Notes: generated by a model not told the origin, from the sequence alone. 64,000 nucleotides of DNA from Cyanobacteriota bacterium (GCA_046052125.1 JBJOMY010000005.1:32001-96000); one strand, 5' to 3'; shown: positions 49,569 to 62,840, counted from the stretch's first letter. Made by a program: numbers and translations.

Positions 49569-50399
49569 GTGAACGCAAGCGAGGCCTCGGGATCCATCGA
49601 TGTGGGTAGCGAGCCGTCCCCGCTGAAGCTCCTGGGCACGTTCCTGCGAGAGGAGCGCGAACGCCGAGGCATCAGCACTGCAACCCTTGCGGCCCAGCTC
49701 CGCATGGGTGAAGAGCAGCTTCAGGCCCTTGAGGCTGGTGATGGCCCGCGGCTGCCGGAATTGGTGTTTGTGATTGCCCAGGCGCGCCGCGTGGCCGATG
49801 CACTGGGCGTGGATGTGAACCCTCTGGTGGCACCACTCAAGCAACAGAGCCAAATCCTCAAGCCTGCTCCCACTCCCCTCAGCAGCACGCCACCAGCCGG
49901 CCGCAGCCAACCACGGGCCAGGCTCACCGCCCAGAACTACACCCAAGGCGGTGCACGTCGCGCATCGGGCGGTTCTGGTCTGCGCTGGATCGGCAGCCTG
50001 GCCTTGGTGGCCGGTGTGATCGCGGCAGGAGCCTGGGGCTGGCAGCGCGGACCACAACTGGCCAAGCAGCTGCTGCCCAAGCCTTCAGCTCAACCAGCTC
50101 CGGTAGCCGTCAAACCACCAGCCGCCAAACCCAAACCCTCCATCCCCCAAGCGGCTCCTGTTCGGGAGCTCACCGTGACTGCGTCGCAAACCAGCTGGTT
50201 AACCGTGCGCACCAGCAAGGGGCAGCAGCTCTACGAGGGCATGTTCAAAGGCTCGCGCCAGTTCCCCCTGGCCAACGGCCTGCAGCTGCGGGCCGGTCGC
50301 CCCGATCTGGTGAAAGCGAGTCTGGGCAAGGGTCCGGCCAAACCGCTCGGCCCCATCGATCAGATCCGCTGGGTGAGTTTCAACGCTCCTCAACGCTGA
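49569..50399 (+). CDS. RodZ-like protein (HTH + TM + DUF4115)
   Basis: N-terminal XRE-like HTH (QLQALEAGD..LPE), TM, SWLTV...AGRPDLV. Confidence 0.8.
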   Translation: MNASEASGSIDVGSEPSPLKLLGTFLREERERRGISTATLAAQLRMGEEQLQALEAGDGPRLPELVFVIAQARRVADALGVDVNPLVAPLKQQSQILKPAPTPLSSTPPAGRSQPRARLTAQNYTQGGARRASGGSGLRWIGSLALVAGVIAAGAWGWQRGPQLAKQLLPKPSAQPAPVAVKPPAAKPKPSIPQAAPVRELTVTASQTSWLTVRTSKGQQLYEGMFKGSRQFPLANGLQLRAGRPDLVKASLGKGPAKPLGPIDQIRWVSFNAPQR

Positions 50400-51963
50400 G
50401 GCGCACCCCCACCGCTTCCTCCACCGCAGCGGCGCAGGCCGAGAGGCTCCAGCGCTCCAGGCTGAGGTCTTGGCCGCTCTGCATCGGCTCCAGCCGAATC
50501 GCGCAGCGGCTCGAGCCTTCGCGCCGAAGCTGAAGCCCAGCCAAAACGGGCTCGGGTCGGCGATCCAGGGCCACGGCCAGCCGCAGCAACAACGCCATGG
50601 AGGCCACCGTGCGCCGCTGCTCACGGCCCTCGATCAGCTGCCACGACTCATGCCGCTTCTTCGGAAGGGAGCGGCGGTGATACCGAGCAATGGCCGCCAC
50701 CATCAGGTGCTCGCTATCGGAGTAACCGAGCAGTTCCCCGTGGCGAATCAGGTACCAGCTGTGCTTGTGATAAGCCCCGGTGTTGATGTGCTGGCCGCAG
50801 CTGTGCAACATCGCCGCGGCCCAGAGCAGCTGGCGGCCACTGCCATCGTCTTGATGCAACAGGCCCTGGCTTTGGCTGTAAAGGCTCACCGCGTAGGTGG
50901 CCACCCGCTCAGCCCGGGGCACATCCACCTTGTAGCGCTGCGCCAGGTGCAGCACGGTGCGCTGACGGATGCTGCTTTGGAACGCAAAGCGATCCACGAT
51001 CAGATCGTTGCGCAACATCCAATCCACGATCAGGCCTTCGCGCAGGGCCCGCTCGCACACCACCAGCTCGTCCACACCGAGCATCTGCATGGCGGTCTGG
51101 AGAATCAGCGCCCCCGGCACGATGATTTCGGCCCGGCGCTCATTTAGGTAGGGAAGGGCGCGCCGCTGAGCAGGCGTGAGCGTGAGCAACCGCTCCACCA
51201 GCCCATCGAGCCGCTGACGGCTCACGCGATAGCCCTGCATGCGCAGCGGCGGCCGCGGATCATCGGCGGCGGCCATGGCCGCAATCGCCATGGCCGTGCC
51301 GCTGGTGGCCACCATCACCGGTGTTTCACCGCTCTGGAGCTGCTGGCGCACCTGCAGCACGGCCGGCTCCAGAGACCCCTGGATAAAGGCCCGCAAAAAC
51401 TCCACACGCGGGGGAGGGATCGGCTCCTCCCGCACGAAATCCCGTTGCAGCCGCACGGCACCCACCCGGGTGCTCGTGAGGGCGCGGGCATCACGGCCAT
51501 CGGCCAGCACCAGCTCGGTGGAACCGCCCCCGATATCGAGGATCAGGTGGGGCTGATCGCCGAAGGCCATGCCGGAGAGCACGCCGAGGTAGATCAGGCG
51601 GGCCTCCTCCGGGCCGCTCACCAGATCCACCTCCAGGCCGAGATGCTCCTGGATGGATTGCAGAAAATCGCGGCCGTTGGGGGCCTCGCGTACGGCGCTG
51701 GTGGCAGCGGTGACCACATCACCGGGATCCACGCCGTGGCTCGCCGCCAGCTCGCGGCAGTGGCGCAGGGTGGTGAAGGCCCGCTCGATCGCATCCGGCG
51801 TGAGCTCGCCGGTTTCAGGGTCGCGCTCCCCCAAGCGGGTGGTGGATTTCTCGGTGAGCAGCACAGAGAACGTGCGCAGCTCGGTGTCCACCGCTGCCAC
51901 CAGCAGGTGAATCGAGTTGGTGCCGATATCAATGCCCGCCACGGGGCGGATCGAGCTCCCCAT
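50380..51963 (-). CDS. ppx: Ppx/GppA exopolyphosphatase
   Basis: IDIGTNS, ATSAVREA, DIGGGSTE, ALREG, C-terminal HD-like domain; start 51963 or GTG 51987. Confidence 0.93.
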   Translation of the reverse strand: MGSSIRPVAGIDIGTNSIHLLVAAVDTELRTFSVLLTEKSTTRLGERDPETGELTPDAIERAFTTLRHCRELAASHGVDPGDVVTAATSAVREAPNGRDFLQSIQEHLGLEVDLVSGPEEARLIYLGVLSGMAFGDQPHLILDIGGGSTELVLADGRDARALTSTRVGAVRLQRDFVREEPIPPPRVEFLRAFIQGSLEPAVLQVRQQLQSGETPVMVATSGTAMAIAAMAAADDPRPPLRMQGYRVSRQRLDGLVERLLTLTPAQRRALPYLNERRAEIIVPGALILQTAMQMLGVDELVVCERALREGLIVDWMLRNDLIVDRFAFQSSIRQRTVLHLAQRYKVDVPRAERVATYAVSLYSQSQGLLHQDDGSGRQLLWAAAMLHSCGQHINTGAYHKHSWYLIRHGELLGYSDSEHLMVAAIARYHRRSLPKKRHESWQLIEGREQRRTVASMALLLRLAVALDRRPEPVLAGLQLRREGSSRCAIRLEPMQSGQDLSLERWSLSACAAAVEEAVGVRLSVEER

Positions 51964-52064
51964 GGAGCGGTTGGGAGACTCGCTCACGCGGCCATCGCCT
52001 TTGCGCTGTGCCACTTTCGCACCGCTGAGCGCCGGCCCGGCAGCCCTAGGGTTTGCGCCACCGA

Positions 52065-52988
52065 ATGAATGGCGCTTTGGCCGCTGCGGAGGCTCCCCTG
52101 GCACAGCTGCAGGCCTGGCTGGCGCTGCTGCGCTGGGATAAACCCAGCGGCCGATTGATTCTGTTGATCCCGGCGGGCTGGAGCCTGTGGTTGTTGCCCC
52201 AGGGGCCCGCTCCGGCTGTGTTGGTGGGCTGGATCGTGCTCGGAGGCCTGGCGGTGAGCGGGGCTGGCTGCGTGGCCAACGACCTCTGGGACCGCCGCAT
52301 TGATCCGCAGGTGGAACGCACCCGTGAGCGCCCCCTGGCCAGCGGTCGAATCAGCGTGGCGGCGGCCGTGCTGCTGCTGGCGCTCTGCCTGCTGGCCGCC
52401 CTATCGGTGGTGCTTTGGGGGCTGCCGGCCAACAGCCGCGGCCTCTGCCTGCTCTTGGCCATCGCCGCCTTGCCGCCGGTGCTGCTCTACCCCTCGGCCA
52501 AACGCTGGTTCGGCTACCCCCAGGCGGTGCTGGCCCTGTGTTGGGGCTTCGCCGTGCTGATTCCCTGGGCCGCTGGCAGCGGCAACCTGGCAGGTGGATC
52601 GGCGTTGCTGGCTCTCTGGCTCGCCACCTGCCTCTGGACCTTTGGCTTCGACACGGTGTACGCCATGTCGGACCGTGAGGATGACGCCCGCGTGGGCGTG
52701 CGCAGCTCAGCCCTGAGCCTCGGGAAGCGGGCGCCGCAGGTGGTGGGCCTTTGCTATGGCGCCACAGCACTGTTGCTGGCCTGCTCAGCTGCGCTGCAGG
52801 GCGTGAGCCTGTGGTTCTGGCCGCTCTGGCTGGTGGCCTGCGGAGGCTGGTGGCGGGAAACACAACTCCTGCAGCGCCCCAACCTGCCCCGCTCGGCCTT
52901 CGGCCTCCACTTCCGCCACCAGGTGCTGATTGGAGCGCTGGTGCTGCTGGCCCTGGTGGTAGGCCGCAGCGGAGGACTGGTGGCATGA
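52065..52988 (+). CDS. ubiA: 4-hydroxybenzoate polyprenyltransferase (plastoquinone pathway)
   Basis: LRWDKP, NDLWDRRID, RPLASG, DTVYAMSDREDD. Confidence 0.9.
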   Translation: MNGALAAAEAPLAQLQAWLALLRWDKPSGRLILLIPAGWSLWLLPQGPAPAVLVGWIVLGGLAVSGAGCVANDLWDRRIDPQVERTRERPLASGRISVAAAVLLLALCLLAALSVVLWGLPANSRGLCLLLAIAALPPVLLYPSAKRWFGYPQAVLALCWGFAVLIPWAAGSGNLAGGSALLALWLATCLWTFGFDTVYAMSDREDDARVGVRSSALSLGKRAPQVVGLCYGATALLLACSAALQGVSLWFWPLWLVACGGWWRETQLLQRPNLPRSAFGLHFRHQVLIGALVLLALVVGRSGGLVA

Positions 52989-53869
52989 GCCTCTGGCCCG
53001 CTCCACTGCAACCCGGGGATCGAGTGCAACTGGCCGCCGCCAGTTCCGCCCTGCAGATCGAGGCGATCGAGCGACTTGAGAGCGGCATCGCCGTGCTGGA
53101 GAGCTGGGGGCTGCAGGTGGAGTGCCATGCCAATCCCCTGCGGCAGCAGGGCTATCTGGCGGGCAGTGACCAGGAGCGGAGCGCAGACCTGCAAGCCAAC
53201 GCACCGCTGCTGGCCTGCCTGCGCGGTGGCTGGGGCTCAGCCCGGCTCCTCGAGCACTCGGCCCCTGCGCTGTCCAAGCAGCCAGCCCATTGGCTGCTCG
53301 GCTTCTCCGATGTGACCTCCCTGCTCTGGGCTCGCCAGGCGGCGGGGATCCCGGGCGGCATCCATGGGCCGATGCTCACCAGCCTGGCCGCCGAACCACT
53401 CTGGAGCCAGGAACGCTTGCGGCAGCTGCTGTTCGGCGCACCACTGGAGCCCCTCACCGGGATCAGCTGGCAGCCAGGCGTGGCGGAAGGCCCCCTGCTG
53501 GTGGGCAATCTCACGGTGGCCACTCACCTGCTCGGCACGCGGCACCTGCCAGAACTGGACGGGGCCGTGCTGGTGCTGGAAGACGTGGGCGAAGCGCCCT
53601 ACCGGCTCGATCGGATGCTCACCCACTGGCGACTGTGCGGCGCCCTGCAACGCCTGGCGGGCATCGGCTTCGGCAGCTTCAGCGGCTGCGATGACGACGA
53701 CTCACCGCTGAACTGCCAACAGGTGTTGCAGGAGCGCACCGCCGACCTGGGCATCCCTGTGTTGGGGAACCTGCCGGTGGGCCATGAACCGGGCAATGCC
53801 GCCCTGGCCCTGGGCCAGCGGGTGTGTCTGGATGCCGATCGCGGCGAACTCACCGTGCTTCAGGCCTGA
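52985..53869 (+). CDS. LD-carboxypeptidase (peptidase S66)
   Basis: [31 protein letters not shown]. Confidence 0.92.
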   Translation: MSLWPAPLQPGDRVQLAAASSALQIEAIERLESGIAVLESWGLQVECHANPLRQQGYLAGSDQERSADLQANAPLLACLRGGWGSARLLEHSAPALSKQPAHWLLGFSDVTSLLWARQAAGIPGGIHGPMLTSLAAEPLWSQERLRQLLFGAPLEPLTGISWQPGVAEGPLLVGNLTVATHLLGTRHLPELDGAVLVLEDVGEAPYRLDRMLTHWRLCGALQRLAGIGFGSFSGCDDDDSPLNCQQVLQERTADLGIPVLGNLPVGHEPGNAALALGQRVCLDADRGELTVLQA

Positions 53870-54543
53870 CGGGCCGCCAGCACCGCCTCGGCGACGGTGA
53901 GATCAAACGGCGTGGTGATCTTGATGTTGGCCGGCGACGACTCCATCACCCGCACCGCCCAGCCAAGACGCTCAAACAGCGAGGCATCGTCGGTGACGCT
54001 CCAGCCCTCCTGGCGGGCCTGGGCATGGGCCTGGCGCAGCCGCTCCACCGGAAAGCCTTGCGGGGTCTGCGCACCCCAGAGCTGGGAGCGATCGGGCGTG
54101 TCCTGAATCAACCCGGCCCCGTCCACCCGCTTGATCGTGTCGGTCACGGGGGCAGCCGCGATCACCGCCTCACCGCCCTGCACCGCCGCTGCACAGCGAT
54201 CGATCAGGCCAGGATCCACCAGGCAGCGGGCACCGTCATGGATCAGCACGGCGCTGGCATCGGCGGGCAGGGCCGCAAGCCCGTTGCACACCGAATCCTG
54301 GCGGGTCTCGCCACCCTGGATCCACTGCACCGGCCGCTGCGGGCGGGCCGCCTCCACCAGTTGAAGGATGTCGGCCTGATCCACCGGCTGGCCAACGATG
54401 CCGATCCAGCGGATCGAGGCGGAGGCCAGCGCCGCTTCCAGGGTCCAGGCGAGCACGGGCCGTCCTGCCACCTCCAGCAGCAGCTTGTTGCGCTCCGCCC
54501 CCATGCGTCGGCCGCTGCCGGCACAGGCGATTAGCAAATGCAT
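53860..54543 (-). CDS. ispD: 2-C-methyl-D-erythritol 4-phosphate cytidylyltransferase
   Basis: [30 protein letters not shown]. Confidence 0.95.
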   Translation of the reverse strand: MHLLIACAGSGRRMGAERNKLLLEVAGRPVLAWTLEAALASASIRWIGIVGQPVDQADILQLVEAARPQRPVQWIQGGETRQDSVCNGLAALPADASAVLIHDGARCLVDPGLIDRCAAAVQGGEAVIAAAPVTDTIKRVDGAGLIQDTPDRSQLWGAQTPQGFPVERLRQAHAQARQEGWSVTDDASLFERLGWAVRVMESSPANIKITTPFDLTVAEAVLAARQA

Positions 54544-54604
54544 GGCGGCTACGGAGCTGAGTAATCCCACCTACATACAATCAGTCCACGCTCCGCCTGC
54601 GGCC

Positions 54605-55441
54605 ATGCGCGTTCTGTTTCTGGTTCCAGGCGGCGTGGACGCTCAGCTGCACACCCTTCCCGCAGCAGCGCGTCTGGCAGAGGCACTCGGCGCCCAGATT
54701 CAGGTGGCCTGTGCTCCTTCGGCCGCCGCGGCCTGGAGCCTTCTGCCCGCCATTGAAAAGTTAATCCCGTTCGACTTCGACGGCGCCCCCACCCTCGCCG
54801 ACTGGGCCAACCTGCTCGGCAACGTGCGCGAACCCGATTTCCAGGCCTGCATCAATCTCGCCAGCGGCCGGCAGGTGGATCTGATGCTGTCGATGAGCCA
54901 CATCCCCAACCGTGTGGCTAGCGCTGGCTTTTCGGCCACCAGCACCGTGAGCCCAGGCTCCGGCTGGCCGGCCCAGGCCATGGCGGCCTTCCTCAAGCCC
55001 TTGGGCGTAAGCCTCGATGCCGCCGCCTTCCGCCTCTCACTGCCCAAGGCCTCGCTGGAGCAGGCTGCCGCCCAGCTTCCCTCCGGCCAGGGGCCGGCCC
55101 TGCTGTTGGCGCCGAGCGGCGCAGCGGGCGACTGGCCGGCCAGCAACTGGGATCAGCTGCCTGAGCTGGTGCGCAGCAAGCTCCCCGATTTGCGCGTGGT
55201 GCGGGCCGAGCGCACCTCCAAGCTGCCGCAGCGGGCCGCCCAGGTGGCCAGCTGTGATGTGGTGCTCAGCAGTGATCCGATCACCACAGAACTCGCCCTG
55301 CTGGCGGGGATGCCGGTGGTGGCCCTGGGCCGCAGCGCGGCTGATCTGCCTAACCGCGACGGGGTGAAAGGGGTGGGTGCCTCCGGGCAACTGCAACAGC
55401 TGAAAGCCGCCGAGGTGCTCCAGGCCCTCGGCCTGGGATGA
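54605..55441 (+). CDS. glycosyltransferase family 9-like protein
   Basis: MRVLFLVPGG, LADWANLLG, DWP...W; cyanobacterial GT9-like pattern. Confidence 0.7.
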   Translation: MRVLFLVPGGVDAQLHTLPAAARLAEALGAQIQVACAPSAAAAWSLLPAIEKLIPFDFDGAPTLADWANLLGNVREPDFQACINLASGRQVDLMLSMSHIPNRVASAGFSATSTVSPGSGWPAQAMAAFLKPLGVSLDAAAFRLSLPKASLEQAAAQLPSGQGPALLLAPSGAAGDWPASNWDQLPELVRSKLPDLRVVRAERTSKLPQRAAQVASCDVVLSSDPITTELALLAGMPVVALGRSAADLPNRDGVKGVGASGQLQQLKAAEVLQALGLG

Positions 55442-56577
55442 AGCGAACCCGCCGCTCCAGCCGCAGGCAGCGGGTGCTGCGGGGTGCACTCACCCGCCAG
55501 CCCTGGGCCGGGCCGCTGCTGGCCCTGAGCCTCGTGGTGAATGCCGGCGCCCTGGGCTACCGGCTCACCGAGGGCTGGGACTGGGGCGACTGCTACTGGA
55601 TGGTGCTGATCACCCTCAGCACCCTGGGCTTCAGCGACCCTCACACCGCTGTGATGCACACAGGCGGGCGCGTGGTGACCGCCCTGCTGCTGGTGGGCGG
55701 TTTGGTGGTGGTGCAGCAGACCATCCAGAAACTGCTGGAATTAACCAACTCCGGCTACTTCCGGCGGCTGCGCGAACGGCGCTACCGCCAACAGCTCAAA
55801 CGCACGATGAATCAGCACGTGATCCTCTGCGGCTATGGCCGGATCGGGCGTGAGATTGCCGAACAGCTCAGCGGGGAGGGGGTGCCGCTGCTGGTGGTGG
55901 AAAACGACAGCGATCGCATCAGCGAAGCCCAGGAACGGGGGCTCTCGGTGCTCCAGGGGGATGCCACCCTCGATGAAACCCTCGAAGAAGCCGGCATCCA
56001 TCACTGCCGGGCGCTGGTGGCTGCCCTCCCGAACAACGCAGCCAACCTCTATGTGGTGTTGAGCGCCCGGGGCCTGGCACCCCGGGCCCGTTTGATCGCC
56101 CGGGCCGACAGCGCCGAGGCGGAAGGGAAGCTGCGCTTGGCTGGAGCAGACCAGGTGGTGAGCCCCTACGTGGCTGGTGGGCGCACCATGGCTGCCACGG
56201 CCCTGCGCCCTCTAGCCGTGACCTTCATGGAATTGCTGGCCGGCAGCGACTGTGAAGTGGATGAATTTCGGCTCAGCCACGAGCCCGAACGCCTGGGCGA
56301 TCTCAATGGCGCCAGCCTGGCGGAACTGCAGCTGGGCCGCCGCAGCGGCGCTCTGGTGCTGGCAATCCGTCGGCCCGGCGGATCAGCTGGGGGGCCCGGC
56401 CTGTACCGCGGCAACACCGCCATTCCGGAGGAAGCGGCCCTGATCGCCAATCCTGGGGGTGATGTGCGCCTGGAGCCTGGTCAGCTGCTGGTGGTGATGG
56501 GGAGCAAGAGCCAATTGCAGGCCTTCTCTGAGCTGTTGGGCAGCGCCCTGGCGGCCGTGGAGAGCATGTCGGTGTGA
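55438..56577 (+). CDS. potassium channel with TrkA-N/TrkA-C (RCK) domains
   Basis: Pore signature TLSTLGF, CGYGRIG, GDAT, ANPG. Confidence 0.9.
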   Translation: MKRTRRSSRRQRVLRGALTRQPWAGPLLALSLVVNAGALGYRLTEGWDWGDCYWMVLITLSTLGFSDPHTAVMHTGGRVVTALLLVGGLVVVQQTIQKLLELTNSGYFRRLRERRYRQQLKRTMNQHVILCGYGRIGREIAEQLSGEGVPLLVVENDSDRISEAQERGLSVLQGDATLDETLEEAGIHHCRALVAALPNNAANLYVVLSARGLAPRARLIARADSAEAEGKLRLAGADQVVSPYVAGGRTMAATALRPLAVTFMELLAGSDCEVDEFRLSHEPERLGDLNGASLAELQLGRRSGALVLAIRRPGGSAGGPGLYRGNTAIPEEAALIANPGGDVRLEPGQLLVVMGSKSQLQAFSELLGSALAAVESMSV

Positions 56578-56630
56578 GGGCTGGCTGAGGCGCAGATCTA
56601 CGCTCGCTCGACCTCAAGCGCACCCTCGTC

Positions 56631-57398
56631 ATGGCCGACGCCGCCCCCGTTGCTGGACAACCGCTGGCCGGACAGGTGGCGCTGGTGACCGGCGCCAGCC
56701 GAGGCATCGGTGCGGCCATCGCCAAAGACCTTGCCGCCGCTGGCGCCACGGTGGTGGTGAACTACGCCAGCTCCCCGGCCGCCGCTGATGCCGTGGTGGC
56801 GGAGATCACCGCAGCGGGCGGCAAGGCCTGGGCCCATCAGGCCAACGTGGCCGATGAGGAGCAGGTGGAAGCCCTGGTGAAGGCCGTGCAGGAACGGGAG
56901 GGGCGCCTGGACGTGCTGGTGAACAACGCCGGCATCACCCGCGACGGCCTGCTGATGCGCATGAAGAGCGCCGACTGGCAGAGCGTGATCGATCTCAACC
57001 TCACCGGCGTGTTCCTCTGCACCCGCGCCGTGAGCCGCTCGATGCTCAAAGCCCGCAGCGGCCGCATCATCAACATCACTTCGGTGGTGGGCCTGATGGG
57101 CAACCCCGGCCAGGCCAACTACAGCGCCGCCAAAGCCGGCGTGATCGGCCTCACCCGCAGCAGCGCCGCTGAATTTGCCAGCCGCGGCGTCACCGTGAAC
57201 GCCGTGGCCCCCGGCTTCATCGAGAGCGACATGACCGCTGAGCTCGATAAGGAGCCGATCCTGGCCGCCATCCCCCTGGGGCGCATGGGCCAACCCAGCG
57301 AGGTGGCCAGCGCCGTGCGCTTCCTGGCCTCAGACCCCGCCGCCGCCTACATGACCGGTCAGGTGCTGCAGGTGGACGGCGGCATGGTGATGCGCTGA
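56631..57398 (+). CDS. fabG: 3-oxoacyl-ACP reductase
   Basis: [26 protein letters not shown]. Confidence 0.95.
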   Translation: MADAAPVAGQPLAGQVALVTGASRGIGAAIAKDLAAAGATVVVNYASSPAAADAVVAEITAAGGKAWAHQANVADEEQVEALVKAVQEREGRLDVLVNNAGITRDGLLMRMKSADWQSVIDLNLTGVFLCTRAVSRSMLKARSGRIINITSVVGLMGNPGQANYSAAKAGVIGLTRSSAAEFASRGVTVNAVAPGFIESDMTAELDKEPILAAIPLGRMGQPSEVASAVRFLASDPAAAYMTGQVLQVDGGMVMR

Positions 57399-57402
57399 GC
57401 GA

Positions 57403-59453
<2,051 letters not shown>

Positions 59454-59466
59454 GCCGAAGCTGGAC

Positions 59467-59658
59467 TTACAGCACCCGCACCAGGCGGGCGTGAATCCGG
59501 CAGACCGCGAGTGCTTCCCGGGGCGGGTCATTGCAGAGCCGCCCCAGCTCCCGGTTGAGCGCCTGCAGCTCATCCATCGGCAAGCTGGCCACCGGCACGG
59601 CCATCAACAGCCCGCCGAGTGCAAGCGGCACCAGCGAGTGCAAGTTCAGGGAGGCCAT
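59467..59658 (-). CDS. small hypothetical protein
   Basis: Hydrophobic N-terminus, C..PPREALAVCRIHARLV. Confidence 0.6.
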   Translation of the reverse strand: MASLNLHSLVPLALGGLLMAVPVASLPMDELQALNRELGRLCNDPPREALAVCRIHARLVRVL

Positions 59659-59728
59659 CAGCACCTCCTTCAAGACGCTTGAGACTCACCCAGTGTGAAT
59701 CGCACCGTTCAGGGGTGAAGCGGTTCCT

Positions 59729-60421
59729 TCAGAAAGCTTCCAAAGCTCGGCGGTAGGCCGCCACCTGCAAGTCCACGCCCGTGATGGCCGTGCCCACAAC
59801 CACTGCATCAGCGCCCAGGCTGATCGCTTGCTGGGCCTGTTCAGCGCTGGCCACACCGCCCTCACAGATCAACAGCGCCTCCGCCGGCAACTGCTGCCGC
59901 AGCTGGGGGATCAGATCCCAGGCCGGCGGCCGCAACGCGGATGTGGCCTCGGTGTAACCAAACAGGGTGGTCCCCACCCACTGACAGCCCAGGGCAGCGG
60001 CCTGCAAACCATTGGCCAGGCTGTCCACATCAGCCATCAGCACGGCCCCCAGATCAGTGCGGGCGCGCTGCACCAGTTCTGCGAGCACTTGTCCATCCGG
60101 GCGATGCCGTTCCGTGGCATCGAGAGCGATCACGTCAGCTCCGGCCGCCCACACCGCTTGAATTTCATGCCAGCCGGGGGTGATGTACACCGGGCTGTCT
60201 GCAAACGTGCGCTTCCAGAGCCCCACAATCAGTGCATCGGGGCAGCGGCGCCGCACCGCACCGATGTGCTCAGGGCTCTCGAGCCGCACACCCACCGCGC
60301 CGTTGTTGAGGCTCGCTTCAGCCATCGCCGCGATCACCTCGGGCTGCCGCATCGGCGACCCCTCAGGGGCCTGCACCGACACAATCAAGCCAGCCTGGAG
60401 CCTGGAGCGATCAGGCAGCAC
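59729..60421 (-). CDS. nanE: N-acetylmannosamine-6-phosphate 2-epimerase
   Basis: GLIVSVQA, VGLWK, VYITP, GTTLFGYT, VVGTAIT. Confidence 0.92.
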   Translation of the reverse strand: MLPDRSRLQAGLIVSVQAPEGSPMRQPEVIAAMAEASLNNGAVGVRLESPEHIGAVRRRCPDALIVGLWKRTFADSPVYITPGWHEIQAVWAAGADVIALDATERHRPDGQVLAELVQRARTDLGAVLMADVDSLANGLQAAALGCQWVGTTLFGYTEATSALRPPAWDLIPQLRQQLPAEALLICEGGVASAEQAQQAISLGADAVVVGTAITGVDLQVAAYRRALEAF

Positions 60422-60824
60422 GGCGGCTCTCCTGATCCGGCAGCCAAGCGCGGAGCTGCACCAGGGCGGGATGGGTTGGAGCCGGTGCCGGACGGGTGGC
60501 AGTAGGTACCGGCGGGGCTAGGCGCAGGGGCCGCACGGCTGGGGTGGAGGCTGCAGGCTCCGCGGGCAAAGCCTCAATCAATGGAGCAGGCTCCGGCTGA
60601 GCGGCTGTGTTGCTGTGCTCGTGCCACCAGGCGCATCCCTCAGGCTCAACCGCGCTGAGCTCAGCCCAGAGACTGGGCAGGCTGCTCACCCCATGGCGGT
60701 GGACCCACTGAGCAAGCAGCTGGCTCATCAGCTGAGCGTTACGAGAGGCCAGGGCTGCTTGCAGCCCCAGCAGCTGCGCCTGGCGGCGGGCCTGGGGAGA
60801 GGGAGCGGAGGGTCGTGGTGCCAC
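60411..60824 (-). CDS. hypothetical protein
   Basis: QWVHRHG, Pro/Ala linker, LRAWLP tail; co-oriented between the ABC permease and nanE. Confidence 0.6.
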   Translation of the reverse strand: MAPRPSAPSPQARRQAQLLGLQAALASRNAQLMSQLLAQWVHRHGVSSLPSLWAELSAVEPEGCAWWHEHSNTAAQPEPAPLIEALPAEPAASTPAVRPLRLAPPVPTATRPAPAPTHPALVQLRAWLPDQESRRAA

Positions 60825-60834
60825 GGCAGCAGGA

Positions 60835-61701
60835 TCAGGCGAGCTTGCGATCCAGCAGCGGGCGGATCAACAGGAACAGACCCACGGCCAACGCCGCCAA
60901 CACCGCTAAACAGGCCGCAGCACTGAGATCTCCGTAAGGAGCCTGAAGCACCACGGCTGAAAGCGAAAACTGGCCGGCGTAGGCGGCACGGATCGGTTCA
61001 ATCGCGAAGGTAAGGGGATTTAGGGCCGCTAGCCAGCCCAGCCAGCTGGGCATGAAGGAAATGGGAGCCAGGGCAGTGCTAGCAAACAGCAGCGGCAGGT
61101 TGGCCACGAAGATCACCGCGATCAATTCGATGTGGCCAGGCAAGGCAAAGGCCAGGCCAAGGCTCAATCCAGTCACCGCGAACACCAGCAACAGGAGGGT
61201 CACCAACACCAGAAGAAGACCCACACCACCCGGCCAGCCATAGCCCAGGCCCCAGGCGGTGGCCATGATCGCCAGGCTCTGCACCAGGCTCAGCACCGTG
61301 ATGTAGAGCACGGAGGCCAGCACGATCGAACTGCGGGAACGCAGCGGCGCCACCAGCAGGCGATTCAGAAAACCGAATTCGCGATCAAACATCACCGGCA
61401 AGCCGGCGTTGAGGGCGGCGCTGAAGGCCGTGAACACAATCACGCCAGCACCCAAGAAGCGGCCGTAGCTCATGCCATCGGGCAACAAGCCCTCGGGTGC
61501 GTTGGCAAACAGGGCGCCAAACAACACCAACCAGATCAGCGGCTGAAGCACGCCGGCCACCAGGGTGGAGGGCCTGCGGGCCAACTGCAGGAAGAGGCGT
61601 CTGGTGAGGGCCAGGGTTTCCTGCACAAGCTCGGCGGTAGCCGAGCGTGGAGCCGTGGCGCCAACCGGACTGTTGAAGAAGGAAGGAGCGGCGCTGGTCA
61701 T
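60835..61701 (-). CDS. ABC-2 type exporter permease
   Basis: QPLIWL, MFDREFGFLNRLLVAP, NPLT. Confidence 0.9.
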   Translation of the reverse strand: MTSAAPSFFNSPVGATAPRSATAELVQETLALTRRLFLQLARRPSTLVAGVLQPLIWLVLFGALFANAPEGLLPDGMSYGRFLGAGVIVFTAFSAALNAGLPVMFDREFGFLNRLLVAPLRSRSSIVLASVLYITVLSLVQSLAIMATAWGLGYGWPGGVGLLLVLVTLLLLVFAVTGLSLGLAFALPGHIELIAVIFVANLPLLFASTALAPISFMPSWLGWLAALNPLTFAIEPIRAAYAGQFSLSAVVLQAPYGDLSAAACLAVLAALAVGLFLLIRPLLDRKLA

Positions 61702-61750
61702 CGCGGCTGGAGAAGAAACAACAGAACGGAGCAGAACTTGAAACCTGGCG

Positions 61751-62782
61751 CTAGCGCATCGACTGCTTGCGCTCAGCCTTGGGATCACGGCTGCCAGCCA
61801 CCGCCAGCTCCGCATCCATCAAGGTGCGGCCCGTGGCCTGGAGATACACATCATCCAGGCTGGGGCGGCTCTGAGCCAGGGCGAACACCGGCAATTGAGC
61901 TTCGGCGAGCTGGCGCCGCAGCTGCTCCACCACGCCGTCGTGTTCCACCACCAGGTTGAGGGAATAACCCTGGGATTGGTTCACCACCACCTGGCGCACT
62001 CCCGGGCAGCTCTGCAGCAATTGCTGCACGCGCAGGGCCTCGGGTTCATCGCTGAACTCCCGAACCCGCAGGGTGACGCGATCCCCGCCAAGGGCGGCCT
62101 TGAGCTCAGCCGGCCGGCCGGCCGCAATCACCCGACCACCCTCGATGATCGCCAGCTGATCGGCCAACGCATCCACCTCCTCGAGGTAGTGGCTGCTGAG
62201 CAGCACCGTGGTGCCCTGATCACGCAGCTGGCGCAACACCTGCCAGATCGCAGCGCGGCTTTCGATATCGAGGCCCACGGTGGGCTCATCCAGCACCAGC
62301 ACCTGGGGCCGGTGCAGCAGGCCGGAGGCGAGATCGAGGCGCCGGCGCATCCCGCCGGAATAGGTGCCGCTGCGGCGATCAATCCAGTCGGCCATGCCCA
62401 GCAGCTCGATCAGCTCGGCAATGCGCTGGTCACGATGAGAGCGCTGCAAGTGATACAGGTCACCCTGAAGCTGCAGCAACTCGCGGCCGCTGAGAATTTT
62501 GTCGAGCGCCACCTCCTGCGCCACGTAGCCGAGGCGCTCGCGAACCCCGCGGGGATCAGCCAAGGCATCCACGCCGGCCACGCGCACACTGCCACTGCAC
62601 GGAGCCAACAGCGTGGCCAGGATCCGGAGCGTGGTGGTTTTGCCGGCGCCGTTGGGACCGAGCAGCCCGAACAGGCTTCCGGCCGGCACGCTCAGGTTGA
62701 GGCCATCGAGGGCAACCACGGCTCGATCAGCCTTGCCGTAGCGCTTGCTCACGTTGTGGAGCTCGATCACCCCTTCTGGCAT
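61751..62782 (-). CDS. ABC exporter ATP-binding protein (DrrA-like)
   Basis: GPNGAGKT, YSGGMRRR, LDEPTVGLD, SSHY. Confidence 0.92.
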   Translation of the reverse strand: MPEGVIELHNVSKRYGKADRAVVALDGLNLSVPAGSLFGLLGPNGAGKTTTLRILATLLAPCSGSVRVAGVDALADPRGVRERLGYVAQEVALDKILSGRELLQLQGDLYHLQRSHRDQRIAELIELLGMADWIDRRSGTYSGGMRRRLDLASGLLHRPQVLVLDEPTVGLDIESRAAIWQVLRQLRDQGTTVLLSSHYLEEVDALADQLAIIEGGRVIAAGRPAELKAALGGDRVTLRVREFSDEPEALRVQQLLQSCPGVRQVVVNQSQGYSLNLVVEHDGVVEQLRRQLAEAQLPVFALAQSRPSLDDVYLQATGRTLMDAELAVAGSRDPKAERKQSMR

Positions 62783-62840
62783 CAGATCCGCCAAGAGCTC
62801 AGGCTCCGCACAACCACTGCTGGCGGCCAATCTAGAAAGG

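Noticed and set aside
59729..60421. nanE without other nan genes as a novel sialic-acid pathway
   Set aside because: To my knowledge a lone nanE is common in cyanobacteria; nothing here adds to that
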